Position numbers and translations under genes: made by a program. From positions 159,402,001 through 159,466,000 of the forward strand of contig NC_042997.1 in NCBI RefSeq assembly GCF_006345805.1: 64,000 nt of DNA, read 5' to 3'. The stretch is from Octopus sinensis. Lineage: Eukaryota. Positions 1-12,982 of this stretch are shown piece after piece; position 1 is the first letter of the stretch; every line of letters begins with the position of its first letter. The notes beneath the pieces are model-generated. The model worked only from the letters and a program-made list of their open reading frames with translations. It was not told the DNA's origin and made no database searches.

Positions 1-444
1 AATACTACCAGGTCTTCTCCTTTACACCTTCCTTATACCTGTAACCATAAATTAACCCTTCAAACACATCTATACTTTGATGATGTCCCTGCCCCTAAAC
101 ATTTCAACTTTCTTCTCATGACACACAAGGTTAGTTCACCATTAACATGATCATCAACATCATCATCTATTTAATATCTATCTTCCATGTTAGCTTAGGT
201 TAAACAGTTTTGACAGAATCCAGTGAATAAAATGACTGTGATGAGCTGCAGTGTCTGTTTCAGCATGGTTTCTATGGTTGGATGCTCTTCCTGACACTGG
301 TTTATTTTGTAAAATTTAGCAATATCTCATACTAGAGGTGTCGTTGATAAGACATGTTCTATTCAGATTATCCTAACTTTAGTCCAATCAATTCCTCCAA
401 ACACATAAAAAAGAAAACTCCTTACAAACTAGTGACAAAGTTTT

Positions 445-630
445 TATGAGGCTGCTCAACCTGCTAGAAATTGTAGCCAAAACTCCTTTATACTAAAACC
501 TACTATCTTAAAAATTAACACATTGGATAATAAAAATGTAGTTCAAGAGAGACTGTCTGAGAGAAAATGAGATGTACAAAGCTGGAACGCCAAGTCAATC
601 ACAGCTGGCCAGGAGTTAAACAAGATCATA
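445..630 (+). mobile_element. SINE-like family D (CTGCTAGAAATAGCAGCCAAATC block, ends ...GGGCTAAACAAC), diverged copy
   Basis: ACCTGCTAGAAATTGTAGCCAAA...CATTGGATAAT...GCTGGAA...GAGTTAAACAA; the same block recurs more than 10 times in the window on both strands. Confidence 0.7.
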
Positions 631-1268
631 GACCTAACTTTTTTTTCAGTCTCAAACCGTGAAGCCTGTTAAGTTTCATCAATTATACATATAACAAGAT
701 TTCTGCAGTTTCAACTAATAGGTTTTGAATCTAGTGGTAGACACTTGCCTAAGGTGTTGTCTGTTGGATGGAAAAGGAGGGTTAAACTAATGAGTCCAAC
801 ACTCATAGAAGATTGTTTTTCTGTACTATAAGAAAAAAAAAAAAAAAACAAGCAAGAAAATATGACTGCCATACTTAACACAGATTTTACTATGTTGATG
901 TAAACAAGTTGTAAATCAGAAGATAGCTGTCATTGCAAAGACAGTAGGAGGGAAAACTGACAATTATGATGAATCAGGGAAATGGAAACTGTTGTATTAA
1001 AGAAGTAGTAGTAATGGTAGGATTATTGAAACATAAAGTGAGATTCATTGAAATAGTAAATAATTTATCAGGAAAGCTGATTATAAAATATAACACATAT
1101 TTCTTAGACTTTTTTTAAAAATTAATATAAAACAGAAATTGTAAGAATTTGAGTCATTTGAATTTGTGAGTCATTTAAAGATTTTCTGATCATTTAATGA
1201 CTATAACAAAAGATCAAGGCACTCAGCCATGTGATTGAGTAATTAGTTTGTAGTTGGTTGTAAGTTAA

Positions 1269-1489
1269 CCCTTTCATTACCAACCCGGCTGAAACCGGCT
1301 CTGGCTTTGTAGTACAATTGTCTTGTTTTCATAAGTTTTGAATTAAAATCTTCCACCAAACCTTAGTCATAATTTATGTTCCTAACACTAGCTGAATGAT
1401 AACCAAGTTATTTTGCTAAATTCTTTATTATATTTAAAGTAATTGAAAGAAACACAAAGCATCTCAAAATAAATACAGTAACAAAAGGG
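1269..1489. mobile_element. piggyBac-type MITE (~220 bp)
   Basis: TTAA|CCCTTTCATTAC ... GTAACAAAAGGG|TTGA; CCC/GGG termini with a TTAA-like target site; close second copy at 28833-29050. Confidence 0.85.
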
Positions 1490-1557
1490 TTGAAATATGT
1501 GTATGTGTGTTGAAGTCAACTGACAGGGAGAGATGTAAAAGAATATAAGTGGGATAC

Positions 1558-1770
1558 ATTGGTTTCAAATTTTGACACAAAGCCAGCAAGTTCATAGGAG
1601 GGGGTCTGGCTGATTACACTGACCCCAGTGCTCAACTGGTACTAATTTTATCAACCCCCACAAAAAGATAAAAGGCAAAGTCAGCCTTGGCAGAATTTGA
1701 ACTCAGAATGTGAAGAATGATGAAATGCAGCTAAGCTAAGCTAAAGACTCTGCCAGTTTGCCACCTACAA
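1558..1770 (-). mobile_element. SINE family C (central GCCTTTCATCCTTTCGGGGTCGATAA block), diverged
   Basis: Reverse complement of the family C body (ACTGGTACT...AAAGGCAAAGTC...GAATTTGAACTCAGAA); matches the copies at 49358 and 60420. Confidence 0.75.
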
Positions 1771-3450
1771 ATGTGGGATATAATGAAATAGTATTTAACA
1801 AAAATATTGGTTCTAGAATCTTACATACTTTTTTTTTTTTGTAGAGAAGTTTTTAAATTGGAATAAAATTTTAGAAATAAAAGTAAAAATACTTAAACTC
1901 TAACATATACTACAGTAAGGATTTTCAAGTTTCCAACTTGTTATGAAAGCATTTATAATAATAGAAGTAATTTTTGTAGAGAACATGTTGTGTAGTACTA
2001 ATTTACTGAAAAAAATCACTTGTATGATGATATGTACTTTAAGAGTTTTGTAGTTACATTGAAATTATTAAGCAGAATGTGTGCTATGCCTACTAAATTT
2101 CTTTTAAACTGTGTGTGAGAGAGAGAGGAGAGAGAGAGTGGGGGAGAAAGGGTAGGAAGAGATCTAGTATAGACCTTAGAATTTTTTTCATCATACTAAA
2201 TACTACTGTTCCCACCCATACCAGCATGGAAGGCAGACGTTAAACAATGATGATGATCATCATCCTTACTCTCATGCTTAACATCTTATTTCTATTTCTT
2301 GAATTTTTATAGCTCTTCAACTTCCTTCAGAGAAATGTTTGCACAGATCAAAATATCTATCAGAGATCATGTAAATCTTTGATTACCATGTATAAGCAGC
2401 TTGCTTCTATGTCTCTGTCAGTCTACAAGAGTATATTCCACAATAGTGGTTGGGAATCTTTTTTTTTTTCTTTTTGTTAGACTGTAGTTACAAATGCAGT
2501 CATAATTTTAACTGATTAATAATTATTATTATGATGATAGCCTACACTTAGCTATAAGTTTACACAGATTACATACTGAACAAACAGCTACAACTGATAG
2601 CTTTTAGAAGAAAGCTCTAGTACTTTCTGTGTGATCTGTATTATATGCTGGTTGCAGCAGCACTGAAAAAATAAGCTACACTGAATTTTGACACTTCATC
2701 TTCACAGCAGAAAACATCATCAATATATCAATAAAAATGATAAAATTTTATTTTTAAAGATCTACTCAGACAACAAAGAAATGAGTTTAAAATAGAATTA
2801 GTGATTTCTAATTTAATTTTTCTGTAGCAAAATTATGCTAATATGGCAGAAGTAACTGAAGCTGTTCAGAGCTAATTTAAGAATATTACCACAGCAAGTC
2901 TGCTGCAAAGATAAAAGAAAATGAAATCATTTTAGAGAAACGTTAGTCAGTTATCTTGATTGTTAACATGACACCTGAGAAATATTCTGATGCAATATTC
3001 ATGGTTCCAGTTTCAAGAATGTTGGTTGTTGTTTAGGTTGAAAGCAGCTTTGAAACATTATTCAATCTTAGCTAGTAATAAACTGTATCTCAACATAATA
3101 ACCAGACTCTTGACATGCAACAATAGATGTATTCAATTTGGGTTTGAAGGATCATTCTCAGTCCTAACCAGTAATGAAAAGATCATCCAGTATTTTATTC
3201 AGTCTAATAATAAAAAATGTTTTAAATGTCAGAGGAAACTTGTAGTGGCCTATGCTAGTAACAATGACACAAGGAATTTCGTCAATTTGGATGAATTCAT
3301 ATACAGCAGGGGAAAAGAGAAATCTGGTAATTCAGGATAAACTCTCTGTCTGAGAAAGCAACAAAACAAATATTTTTGGCTATTTTCCTTTGTAAGGCAG
3401 GAATTAGCTTTGTAGGACCTATGACAGTCTTCCTCATTTTGTATTGTACT

Positions 3451-3592
3451 CACTAGCATAGTTAAAGTGTGTGCCACCCAGGGTGGCCCTTCCGTTTATT
3501 GCCCCTGGACCCCACAAAAAGACATATATTGCTTACAGCAGACCCAAAAGTGCTGCCCAGGGTGGACTGCCCCTACCCCAGCTATGCAAATG
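3451..3592. mobile_element. hAT-type mini-MITE (142 bp) with 8-bp TSD
   Basis: Direct repeat ATTGTACT at 3443-3450 and 3593-3600; termini CACTAGCATAG / CTATGCAAATG; GC-rich interior. Confidence 0.7.
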
Positions 3593-4463
3593 ATTGTACT
3601 CATCATGATTTCCTTTCCGAAGTAGTATTTTATGGTCAAATTCTTTTCCTGAGGGCTATCCTTTTAGCTGCCTTTTATTCATGTATGGAAATGGTATATC
3701 TTTCCTAAAAGTAGGACATATACAGTTAGAGATAGAACAAAATGTTTTATTTCTGGTATATGCAACTGAAGTGGTATTACATTAAAATAGCCATCTCTGT
3801 GTCATACTTAACGTAAAAAAAAATCACTGCTAACAGGAAAGTTACTGCAGTTTTCATCTGAGATAAGCTGTTTAACATACACCAAATTATTTATTCAGCC
3901 CAGCAGCTGTTCACAATACCAGTGAATGCTTTATTCACTGTATCCTAAATCAGATGTGACAAATCTCATCTCAGCATGTAGCTGGCTGTCACTACACATC
4001 ACTGACAAGACTTAACAAGGCTGAAATGTATCTTGCATTTTCACTGGACACTGCTGGGAAGAATTTTCATCTTCTTCCAATATGTACTGAGTTTTTAATA
4101 CAGCACATCTATAAGAGATATTATCTCAGACAAAAACTGCAGTAATGTGCCTGTCAGCAGGGCATATGCATTAAATATGATACATAGATGGTTATTTTAT
4201 TCTCTATGATTGTGTATCTAGGACTACATAATCCAGTGTGTCCAACAATTTGAGACAGTGGAGTACGATTTTAAGCAGTGTTTAGCAGTTATTTTTCAGC
4301 AGATTGAGGCTTCCAAAAGATGTAGTGTTTCACATTGGAATAAATATTACACATAACCTAGAGACAATCAATAATGAATCAAAATAAAGAATGTAAAAGA
4401 TGCCAAAACCAAAGAAAAATTGCAAGGAAATGAGACAGAAACCAAAAGGAAAAGAAATATATA

Positions 4464-4508
<45 letters not shown>

Positions 4509-5237
4509 CACACATACACACACACATCTAAATGGAAAATTCAATAAAAATAGAACAAAAAATATACAGATGAGAAAAAAAATATTAATTAAATAAAAGC
4601 AATAATGAATGAAGCTTCGGATAATGTTTCTTTAATCAATCTATTTCACAGTAGTTATTTTAGGTGTTCTCTGTCCAATATTGAAATCTCAAGTGATAGT
4701 AATTAATGCTCAGTAGAATAGAACCAAGATGCAGGAAGACTTTCCAAGAAAAATAAGCATTCATGCATGATCTGCATGTGAGTTTGTTTATTTTTTTGTA
4801 AGAAAAAAAAAAAGAGATGGTTGAAGAAATCACAATGTAGGTGGAAAAGAACACAACTGTATTGAATGGATGTAAGCTAAACTTTGTATAAGGATATTAT
4901 AAAGATGTGTTAAGTTTTACACCACCACCACCACATACACAGAAATGCATACATACATAAATATATACACACTAGTACAAATAAACATACACACACACAG
5001 CAATGTTACAGTAATCAATGTAGTAGAGTAAGCAGCAAGCTAAATATGTAGAGAATGGGAGAAGGTAATAATAGGTTGCTTTGTTTATAAACAATGTGAA
5101 ATGTTTATAATATACTAGTGAGTCATGTAGGAACCTTTCCTTGTTGTTCTCGCTGTGTAGCATCTTGGGACAAAAGCTATTACAGTCTCAGGCTGCTAAT
5201 AGTTTGCATAAGTGAAACCGGTAGGTGAAAATGTGCA

Positions 5238-5475
5238 GGAGTCTGGGATAGCCTCATCATTTAATGTCCACTTTTCCATGCTTGCGTTGCTCAGATGGAA
5301 TTTTTTGAGGCAGATCTGCTACAGTCGGATACCCTACCTGTAGCCAACCCTCACCTGTTTCCAAGCAAATTATTTTCCCATAGCTACACATGCTTTTTTG
5401 TTTCATGGAAGACTGAAAATGAACAGCCTTGCTTGTATGACGATAATGCTCATTTACAACCATCAAGTGATGTCT
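5238..5475 (-). mobile_element. (GAT)n-tailed SINE, subfamily B2
   Basis: CATCATTTAATGTCCACTTTTCCATGC tail; opposite-strand relatives at about 50020-50275 and 55370-55605. Confidence 0.65.
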
Positions 5476-5523
5476 AAACAAGGGTACACATAAACACATA
5501 CACACACAATATATATATATATA

Positions 5524-5897
5524 TTCTTTTATTCTTTTACTTGTTTCAGTCAGTTGACTGCAGCCATGCTGGAGCACCACCTTTAGTCGAACAAATCAAC
5601 CCCAGAACTTATTCTTTGTAAGCCTACTACTTATTCTATCAGTCTCTTTTGCTGAACTGCTAAGTTACAGGGATGTAAACATACCAACATTGGTTGTCAA
5701 GTAATGGTGGGGGAACAAACACACACACACACACATATATATAGATAACATCCTTATTTTCAGTTTCTATCTATCAAATCCACTCACAAGGCTTTAGTCA
5801 ACCCGATGCTATAGTAGAAGACACAGTGCCATGCAGTAGTACTGAACCTGGGACCACATGGTTGGTAAGCAAACTACTTACCACAGTCACGCTTGCA
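5524..5897 (-). mobile_element. tRNA-headed SINE family A (~400 bp, internal (TA)n/(CA)n)
   Basis: Reverse complement of the head GGC(G)CAGGAGTGGCTGTGTGGTAAG...GGTTC and the tail GACTGAAACAAGTAAAAGAGTAA. Confidence 0.85.
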
Positions 5898-6950
5898 TCT
5901 ATATACATATAGTATAATCAAAAGGGTTAAAGGTCCTTCTCAAGATGTAAGCTTATAAGGCTGGTTTCCCAGATTCTGTAGAGTATATATCCCCCCCACA
6001 CACGCACACACCTTGACAGGATGCCAATCCATCACAAGATTTTTTTATTTTTAGCAACTAAGTGGAGTAGGGCAATGTGAAATAAATTGTTTTGCTCAAG
6101 AATACAATACATCACTTGGTCAAGGAATTGAAACAACAATCTTATGATCATAAGTGCAGACCTAAAGCATAGTCATATAGTGTGTGTGTGTGTATGTGTG
6201 TATGCATGTGCATGTGCATTTTTTTTTCTTTCTTCTCCTCTCTCTCTGGCCATTTTTTCCCTCTCATTCCTTTCTGTCAAAGAGCATAGGTTTGAAATGT
6301 AAAGACTAATACACCTGCTTGTTGTTCCCATATCTATCTCTGTCTTATGTTTTCTGTTCATTTGAACCATATATATATACATAATAGATATAAATTCACA
6401 CAACTTGAAAAGACGGTGTTTTTGGTTACATCCTGTAATTTAGTGGTTCAACAAACAGAAATCACTAAGTACCAGACTTTATAAGTAGAATTGGAGCTAT
6501 TATAATCAACTAAAGCCCTTGAGGCAGAGCTCGAGTATGACTACAGTTTGATGACCAACACAAACAAAAGAGTCAAAAGAGGCCAGCACAAGCAAAAGAG
6601 GTGATTCAGTGTCCATGGTTCTGAGAGACTGGTGGAAGGAAGGAGAAAGATTTCTTCAGACCCAACACAAGCTAAACAGTAGTATTTAAACAGGCATCAC
6701 ATTAAGTCTACTACCTACAAAATAGGAAAGGTGCCTCCAACAGGCTTTCACCACATTTTTGTTGACCAAATTTTAACCACAGGATTTTGGTTAGGCCACA
6801 GCTATAGCAGAACACACACGCCCCAAATCTTGTGCAGCAGAAGTGAATCCGAAACTATATAGAGTTGGTATGCAGACCTTCTAGCTATAGAGTCGTATTG
6901 TCCACCAAACTCAAAAGCATAGAATGATTATGAAACCTTCAGGACATTAA

Positions 6951-7208
6951 CCATTCCACAACAAAACCTCCTACACGAATACACAGCCATTATATTTTTT
7001 AATTAATTTTGAAAATAATCAAGAATTCAGAAGAATTTACTAAAATAATTAAATTTTCATTATTAAGTTGGTGTTGGGAATGTAGTTAAATAAAAGGATT
7101 TATTCAAAATTATGGCGAGTTGTTTTCATTATTTAAATATGAACAATTTAAAACTGAGTCTTTCTTTCATGGAACAAAAAGGGTTCAAGCTGGTTAGTGT
7201 TAAAAGAG
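6951..7208. mobile_element. piggyBac-type MITE, diverged relative
   Basis: TTAA|CCATTC ... AAAAGAG|TTAA termini; AT-rich interior resembles the reverse complement of the 1269/33889 family. Confidence 0.55.
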
Positions 7209-7404
7209 TTAATTAAAGCCCTTTTCATATGCATGTGATAGGGCACTAAAGTTTTCCATTGAAAAGCTGTACTTACAATCATTAAACAAAGTAGTAAACA
7301 AATAGTTTAACTTTCAATATAACACTGAAAGACATTTAAGGTTTACTGTTGTACAAGGATTTATAATCACCCTCAATACACACACATCTACACACACAAA
7401 CTTG

Positions 7405-7765
7405 TTTGCAAATCTGGCAGATGTCAGAACAAGTGCCTTTGCTTTTGATCTCTGAAGTTCAAATTCTGTCAAAGTCAACTTTGCCTTTCACTTCTTCAGG
7501 GTTGATAAAATACAGTACTAGTCAAGTACTGAGGTCAATGGTAAGGACAAGCCCCCTCCCCTCACAATTGCTGGTCTTGTGCCTAAATCAGACACACTAT
7601 CATTATTACTATTATTATCAAAGGTGGCAAGCTGGCAGAATCATTAGCATGCCGGGTGAAATGCTTGTGGTATTTCATCTGTCTTTATGTTCTGAGTTCA
7701 AATTCCACTGAGGTCGACTTTGGCTTTCATCCTTTCAGAGGGGGGGGGTGATAAATTAAGTATCA
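7405..7765 (+). mobile_element. Two adjacent SINE family C copies
   Basis: GTTCAAATTC...GTC(A/G)ACTTTG(C/G)CTTTCA occurs twice; the second copy has the head AAGGTGGCAAGCTGGCAGAATCATTAGC at about 7621. Confidence 0.75.
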
Positions 7766-8231
7766 GAAATACAAAACAGGATGGTTACAGCTACAAAGCC
7801 TTTCACCACAGGTCTGCTTACTCAATTAGAACCTGGAGCTAAACAGTAACAACATCAAGATAATATACAGCACGAGAACATTCAAGTACTGAGTACAAAG
7901 AATACAATTTCATAATAAAGTGTCGCCAACATTTTTGATGTAGTTAGCCAATAAACTTTAGTTAATTAAAATTACACTTAGAGCAATAACAAAACAAAAA
8001 TCAATATCTTCATGATTGATTCTGTTCAAGGAAATTTCAGAATGTAAATTAATTAAAATTAATTAAATATAAATCTGAAAGAATCAAATATAGCCTTAAA
8101 CATTAAGTTATAATTTTTACTTGTTGCCATCATTGTTGCTGTCATCATTGTTGTTCTTTCTGTAGTCATATAGCCCCCAGTTAGCCTTCAACAAATAGAC
8201 CAATGGTCATGTAAGTAGATAGCTAAATGAC

Positions 8232-8643
8232 TCTCTTTTACTCTTTTACTTGTTCAGTCATTTGACTGTGGCCATGCTGGAGCATCGCCTTTAGTTGAGC
8301 AAATCGACCCCAGGACTTATTTTTTGTAAGCCTAGTACTTATTCTATCAGTATCTTTTGCCGAACCGCTAAGTTTCGGGGACATAAACACACCACCATTG
8401 GTTGTCAAGCGATGTTGGGGGAACAAACAAAAACACATAAATACACACACACATACATACATACATACATACATATATACGATGGGCTTCTTTCAGTTTC
8501 CATCTACCAAATCCACTCATAAGTCTTCGGTCGGCCCGAGGCTATAGTAGAAGACACTTGCCCAAGGTGCCACGCAGTGCAAATGAACCCGGAACCATGT
8601 GGTTAGTAAGCAAGCTACTTACCACACAGCCACTCCTGCGCCT
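8232..8643 (-). mobile_element. SINE family A, near full length
   Basis: Well-conserved reverse complement of the 50477-50877 copy; head ends GCCACTCCTGCGCCT. Confidence 0.9.
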
Positions 8644-8824
8644 AGTAGCCACTCCTGTGCCAAATCCACAGCTCTTGATATGCTACATCTGTGCTTAGTT
8701 GAGGATTATACTGCACAGACAGATATGCTATGCTTAATTGTAAGCAGCATAGGGTTGCAATTGGTGCATGGGGTACCATTACACTGTCCATTATTTATAT
8801 ATGTTATTTAGCACCACATTAAAT

Positions 8825-9000
8825 TTGTTTATGCCTGGTCAGACCTATGATCAACATGCTCTATTTATGAGCAACCCATTTTATATCTTCAGACAATACA
8901 TCAAAGTCTACACTATTTAATGAGTCCTTCTTTTCTTAAGACAGCAAGGTAAGGTTTAAAAGAAATATGATATATCTCTAGCTGATCAAATAACCATGTC
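8825..9000 (-). mobile_element. SINE-like family D copy
   Basis: TTGTTTATGCCTGGTCAGACCTATGATCAA...CTTAAGACAGCAAGGT...CTAGCTG; reverse complement of the family D body. Confidence 0.6.
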
Positions 9001-10314
9001 AAGTTGAGTGATAGAACTTTTTTATGAATGTAAATTTCAAGTGCCTAAAAACATGACTGTACTCTTGTTTTAATATAAATAATGAATGAAATTTTATAAA
9101 TTCATAATTATACAACTTATTAAATTACTGCTTTAATCTGAAAGCCTCAACAGTTTTTCTCTTATGAGCATTGTTTTCTTGAGATTTGGTCAAGAAGTAG
9201 TTTCAAATTTGGTAGTAAACAAAATTTTTCCTGGGTGCAAAGATTTTTATTGCTCAAACAGGAGATGAACAGCACCTATGACTCTGTACAAAGCCACCAA
9301 GACTGGTGGCTCAACTGAGAGATAAGGCTTAAATGCTTACAACAGAGGATACTCCACAATAAATTCCCAAAGTTTAGGTGGTAATATTAAACCAAGCAAC
9401 GAAGGAAGTGGGATTTGACTACAGATTGCATAGAACCACAACAAACTCCATGAAGGCATCCCATCCTATGATAGGGAGCATCCTATGATGTTAGTTGCTC
9501 TAATGATTCTGCCAATGTACAATCCTAAACAAATGCTTTATTTATCAACTCTGGAAGAAAGCATGATCTATAGATTCTAACACTGGCAACAACAAACGCA
9601 AGCAAAATGAACTCATTCAACGCATGACAGCTCCTAATTCTTTGTCCTTATTATTGGTTCTGTATCTCTAAGTATTAATGCATTGAACTAAGGGTATTAA
9701 TGATGTTGCTGGTATTGTCATGTGTAAGTGATTGTTCATGATGAAGCAGACTAATGATCATACATACATACATATTTTATATACATGCAAATGTTGGTGT
9801 AATAACTATAATATAATATAACAAACAAGATTATGAAACAGCTGCAAATGCATGGAATAAACATCTATTCTCTCATCTCGCTTTTCTTATCTGTTTTATT
9901 TGTGTGTGTGTGTGTGTGTTTGTGTGCGCGCGCACGCGTGCATGTGAAGAGCTTCTGTACAGTTTCTATTTTCCAAGTTTCCCTTACAAGGTATTAGTTA
10001 GTCTGAGGTTGTAGTGGAAGACACTCATCCAAGGTGCTGCATAGTTGAAATCATATGACTGTGAAATATACTTCTTAACCTCACAGCCATTATATATATC
10101 ATATTATGAGGTATGTATTTCATGTGTACCCTAGTATGCTATGTGTATCTCAGTGTGAAAAAATACAAATGCATTCTGATTTTAGAGAGGGTACACTACA
10201 TCCCTGCATACAATACAAAAAGAAAGGAAAGAGTTGATGCTAAGAAGGACATCCAATCACAAAACGCTATTTCAAAACAGGTGCTAAGATGAATTTGTTA
10301 TGAGACCCACTATT

Positions 10315-10600
10315 GAAGGAGCATGGCTTAATGGCTAAGGTCATGATTTCAATTTCCAGTGATGTATAATGTCCTAGAACAAGACACTATATTTCACATT
10401 GCTCCAATCCACTTAGCTGACAAAATTAAGTGGTACCTGTATTTCAAAGGGTCAGTCTTGTTGCATTCTGTGTCAAGCTGACCCTCCCTGAGAACTATGT
10501 TAAGCCATTTGCACATTAATATCTCAAGCAGGGACGGGTTGTTTCATTAATCAGATCAGCTAGAACCCTCACCATTATAACTGATGTAGTGACAGTTATG
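10315..10600 (+). mobile_element. tRNA-headed SINE family E, diverged
   Basis: GGAGCATGGCTTAATGG A-box-like head, then CAAGACACT...TTGCTCCAATCCACTTAGCTG...GTACCTGTATTTCAAAGGG body. Confidence 0.55.
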
Positions 10601-11466
10601 AGACCCACAAAGTTAACCCTACCACATCAGTAAGAAACATTTCCTTATTACCTTAAAATGTATGTTGTAGAATATTATGTCATATATCCAAGACTGAATT
10701 ATCTAACATGCTCAACCATTATGAAGACTGAAAGAAGAGTTTGAAAGAAAACTGGCTTCTATTTCTAGCAAGTTAAATGATAACCTAAGGGTTACTTTTG
10801 TTGGCTCATTATAATCCTTAGCCATTGTTATTTTGCCTTTGTTAGTTGTGACCAACAGACCTGTGATCAACAAATTTCCACCTGTAACCGGCCTGTCTTG
10901 TCTTTTTCAGGCACTGTGTGACTAGGAACAGATGAACCTTAAAGTCCTTCTTTTGGAAGATGGTAGAATGTAATTTTAGTGTAATAGGATGTCATGATAG
11001 GCAACTATTTCAAGTAAGGTAAATGTCTGTTGAGGCTCCTGTATTGGTCCGGGAAAATCCTTAGTCAAAGCACCAAGTACAGGAGATAAAGTTGTCACCC
11101 TCACTTTATCATGAACAATTACTATGAAGAGTAGCATCTGAATATAATTTGTAATTTAAATGTTAGAATACTGAATTAAGGTGTTGAACTTGTAAACTCA
11201 TCAAACACTAAAAAGCACAGAAAATACAAAATAACACATTTCAGGAATAGTTATAGAGTTAAAAATTTGTAGTGCAACCACATGCCCTCTTGGGTAAGTG
11301 TCTTTTGCTTTGGCCCTGAGTTGATAAATAGCTTCCAAGTGAAATTTGATAGGCAGAAATTGTGTAGGTGCTGTATTTATAAGTAGTCATGTGCTTATAA
11401 ATATACACACAAACACACACTAAAATAATATAGCTAAATATATATGTTTGTAAACTACATTTTGTG

Positions 11467-11505
<39 letters not shown>

Positions 11506-11916
11506 GCGTGCATGCGTGTGTGTGTGTGTGTCCATCCTATGGGCTACTATGCAGCTTCTATCTGCCCAGTTTCATTTACAAGGTATGGATCAACCTGGAA
11601 CTATAAAAAAAAAATGACATTTGCTCAAGTTGCCATGCACTGGGATTGAACCCAGAGAACTCATGGTTGCAAAGCAAATTTCTTAATCATTCAGCCATGC
11701 TACATATACTAAAACCCAAGAAGTACAATTTTTTCACACCTTCTGTCATGCTGAAACTACCTGAGAATTATATGAAGGGCACACATGTCTGTGTAATGCT
11801 CAGCTACCAACACCACATTACATACAAAGCTGGTTTATCAAATTACATATATAAATATGCATATATATGTACAGTCATTTATATATATATAATATATATA
11901 TATATCTATATATATA

Positions 11917-12318
11917 TCATCATCATCATCATCATCGTCGTTTAGCGTCCGTTTTCCATGCTAGCATGGGTTGGACGGTTCTACTGGGGTCTGTGAAGCC
12001 AGAAGGCTTCATCAGGCCCAGTCAAATCTGGCAGTGTTTCTACGGCTGGATGCCCTTCCTAACGCCAACCACTCCGTGAGTGTAGTGGGTGCTTTTTACA
12101 TGCCACCCGCACAGGTGCCAGACAGAGCTGGAAAATGGCCACAAATGGATGGTGCTTTTTATGTGCCACCGGCACAAGGGCCAGGCGAGGCTGGCAACGG
12201 ACACGAAACGGGGCGGTGCTGGCAACGGTCGCGAAGCGGAAGGTTCTCTTACATGCCACCGGCACTGGTAACACATCTGCAATTTCCATTCTGATCCTCA
12301 CTTGCCTCAACGGGTCTT

Positions 12319-12320
<2 letters not shown>
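11917..12320 (-). mobile_element. (GAT)n-tailed SINE family B, full length, inside (TA)n
   Basis: CATCATCATCGTCGTTTAGCGTCCGTTTTCCATGCTAGCATGGG tail; GGATGCCCTTCCTAACGCCAACC core; GTGCCACCGGCAC modules; ends CAACGGGTCTTCA with (TA)n on both sides. Confidence 0.9.
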
Positions 12321-12371
<51 letters not shown>

Positions 12372-12391
12372 TATACACACACACACAAATA

Positions 12392-12608
12392 TGAGGGGGT
12401 GCTGAAAGATTTCTAGCTGTAGGTAATAGAAAATACAGAAGGATCAGTTAATTATGATTTTATTCAACATATTCCCCTCTCAGGTTCACAGATTTATTGC
12501 AGTGGTCCCTCAGTTTTTATAAGCTCTGTAAAAGAACTCCGATGGTTGGGCCTCCAGCAAGGCCTTTCATGATACCCTTAAAGCCAGGAACTTTTCAGTA
12601 CTCCTTCA
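12392..12608 (-). mobile_element. mariner-derived MITE with transposase C-terminal remnant
   Basis: TA|TGAGGGGGTGCTGAAA and TTTTCAGTACTCCTTCA imperfect TIRs; minus strand carries a frameshifted EFFYRAYK...CNKSVNLRGEYVE* (mariner C-terminal pattern). Confidence 0.8.
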
Positions 12609-12886
12609 CACACACAAATGACAAACAGAAGGTGTCTTCAATGCATGTAGCAAAGTCTAAATATTCATAGGAAGAGGATGATTTACTCCATCCCCAGACA
12701 GAGTTTACCTCCAAGTCCCAACACGATGAACAAGCGCATATAATTAGAAAGTCAGAGTAACAGTTGAGCAACTTATTGGTCTTTTCCAATTAGATGATAC
12801 ATATAAATACACACACACACACACACACACGCATTAGTTCATTAAGCAAATATACTTCAAACTGAGAAATCCACCTTACTACTTAC

Positions 12887-12982
12887 AGAAAATAGCATTG
12901 TCAGCATGTCCTTCTGTACCTGAAGACTAATATCCATTAAGAAGGTTGGAGTGAAAAGTAAATTTATCCTGAATTTCTCAAA
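12887..12982 (-). other. Candidate 96-nt exon (phase 0-0, FEKFRINLLFTPTFLMDISLQVQKDMLTMLFS)
   Basis: Acceptor ATATATTTCAG and donor TCT|GTAAGT; one open frame; peptide not recognised. Confidence 0.3.

Noticed and set aside
2990-3708. ORFs 2990..3340, 3250..3477 and 3469..3708 as genes
   Set aside because: No recognisable domain; the last one overlaps a MITE; lengths are within chance expectation.
5161-5220. + strand 60-nt exon-like segment (tgtgtag|CATC...ACCG|gtaggt)
   Set aside because: One open frame, but an unrecognised peptide, no supporting + strand partners, and opposite to the inferred transcript direction.
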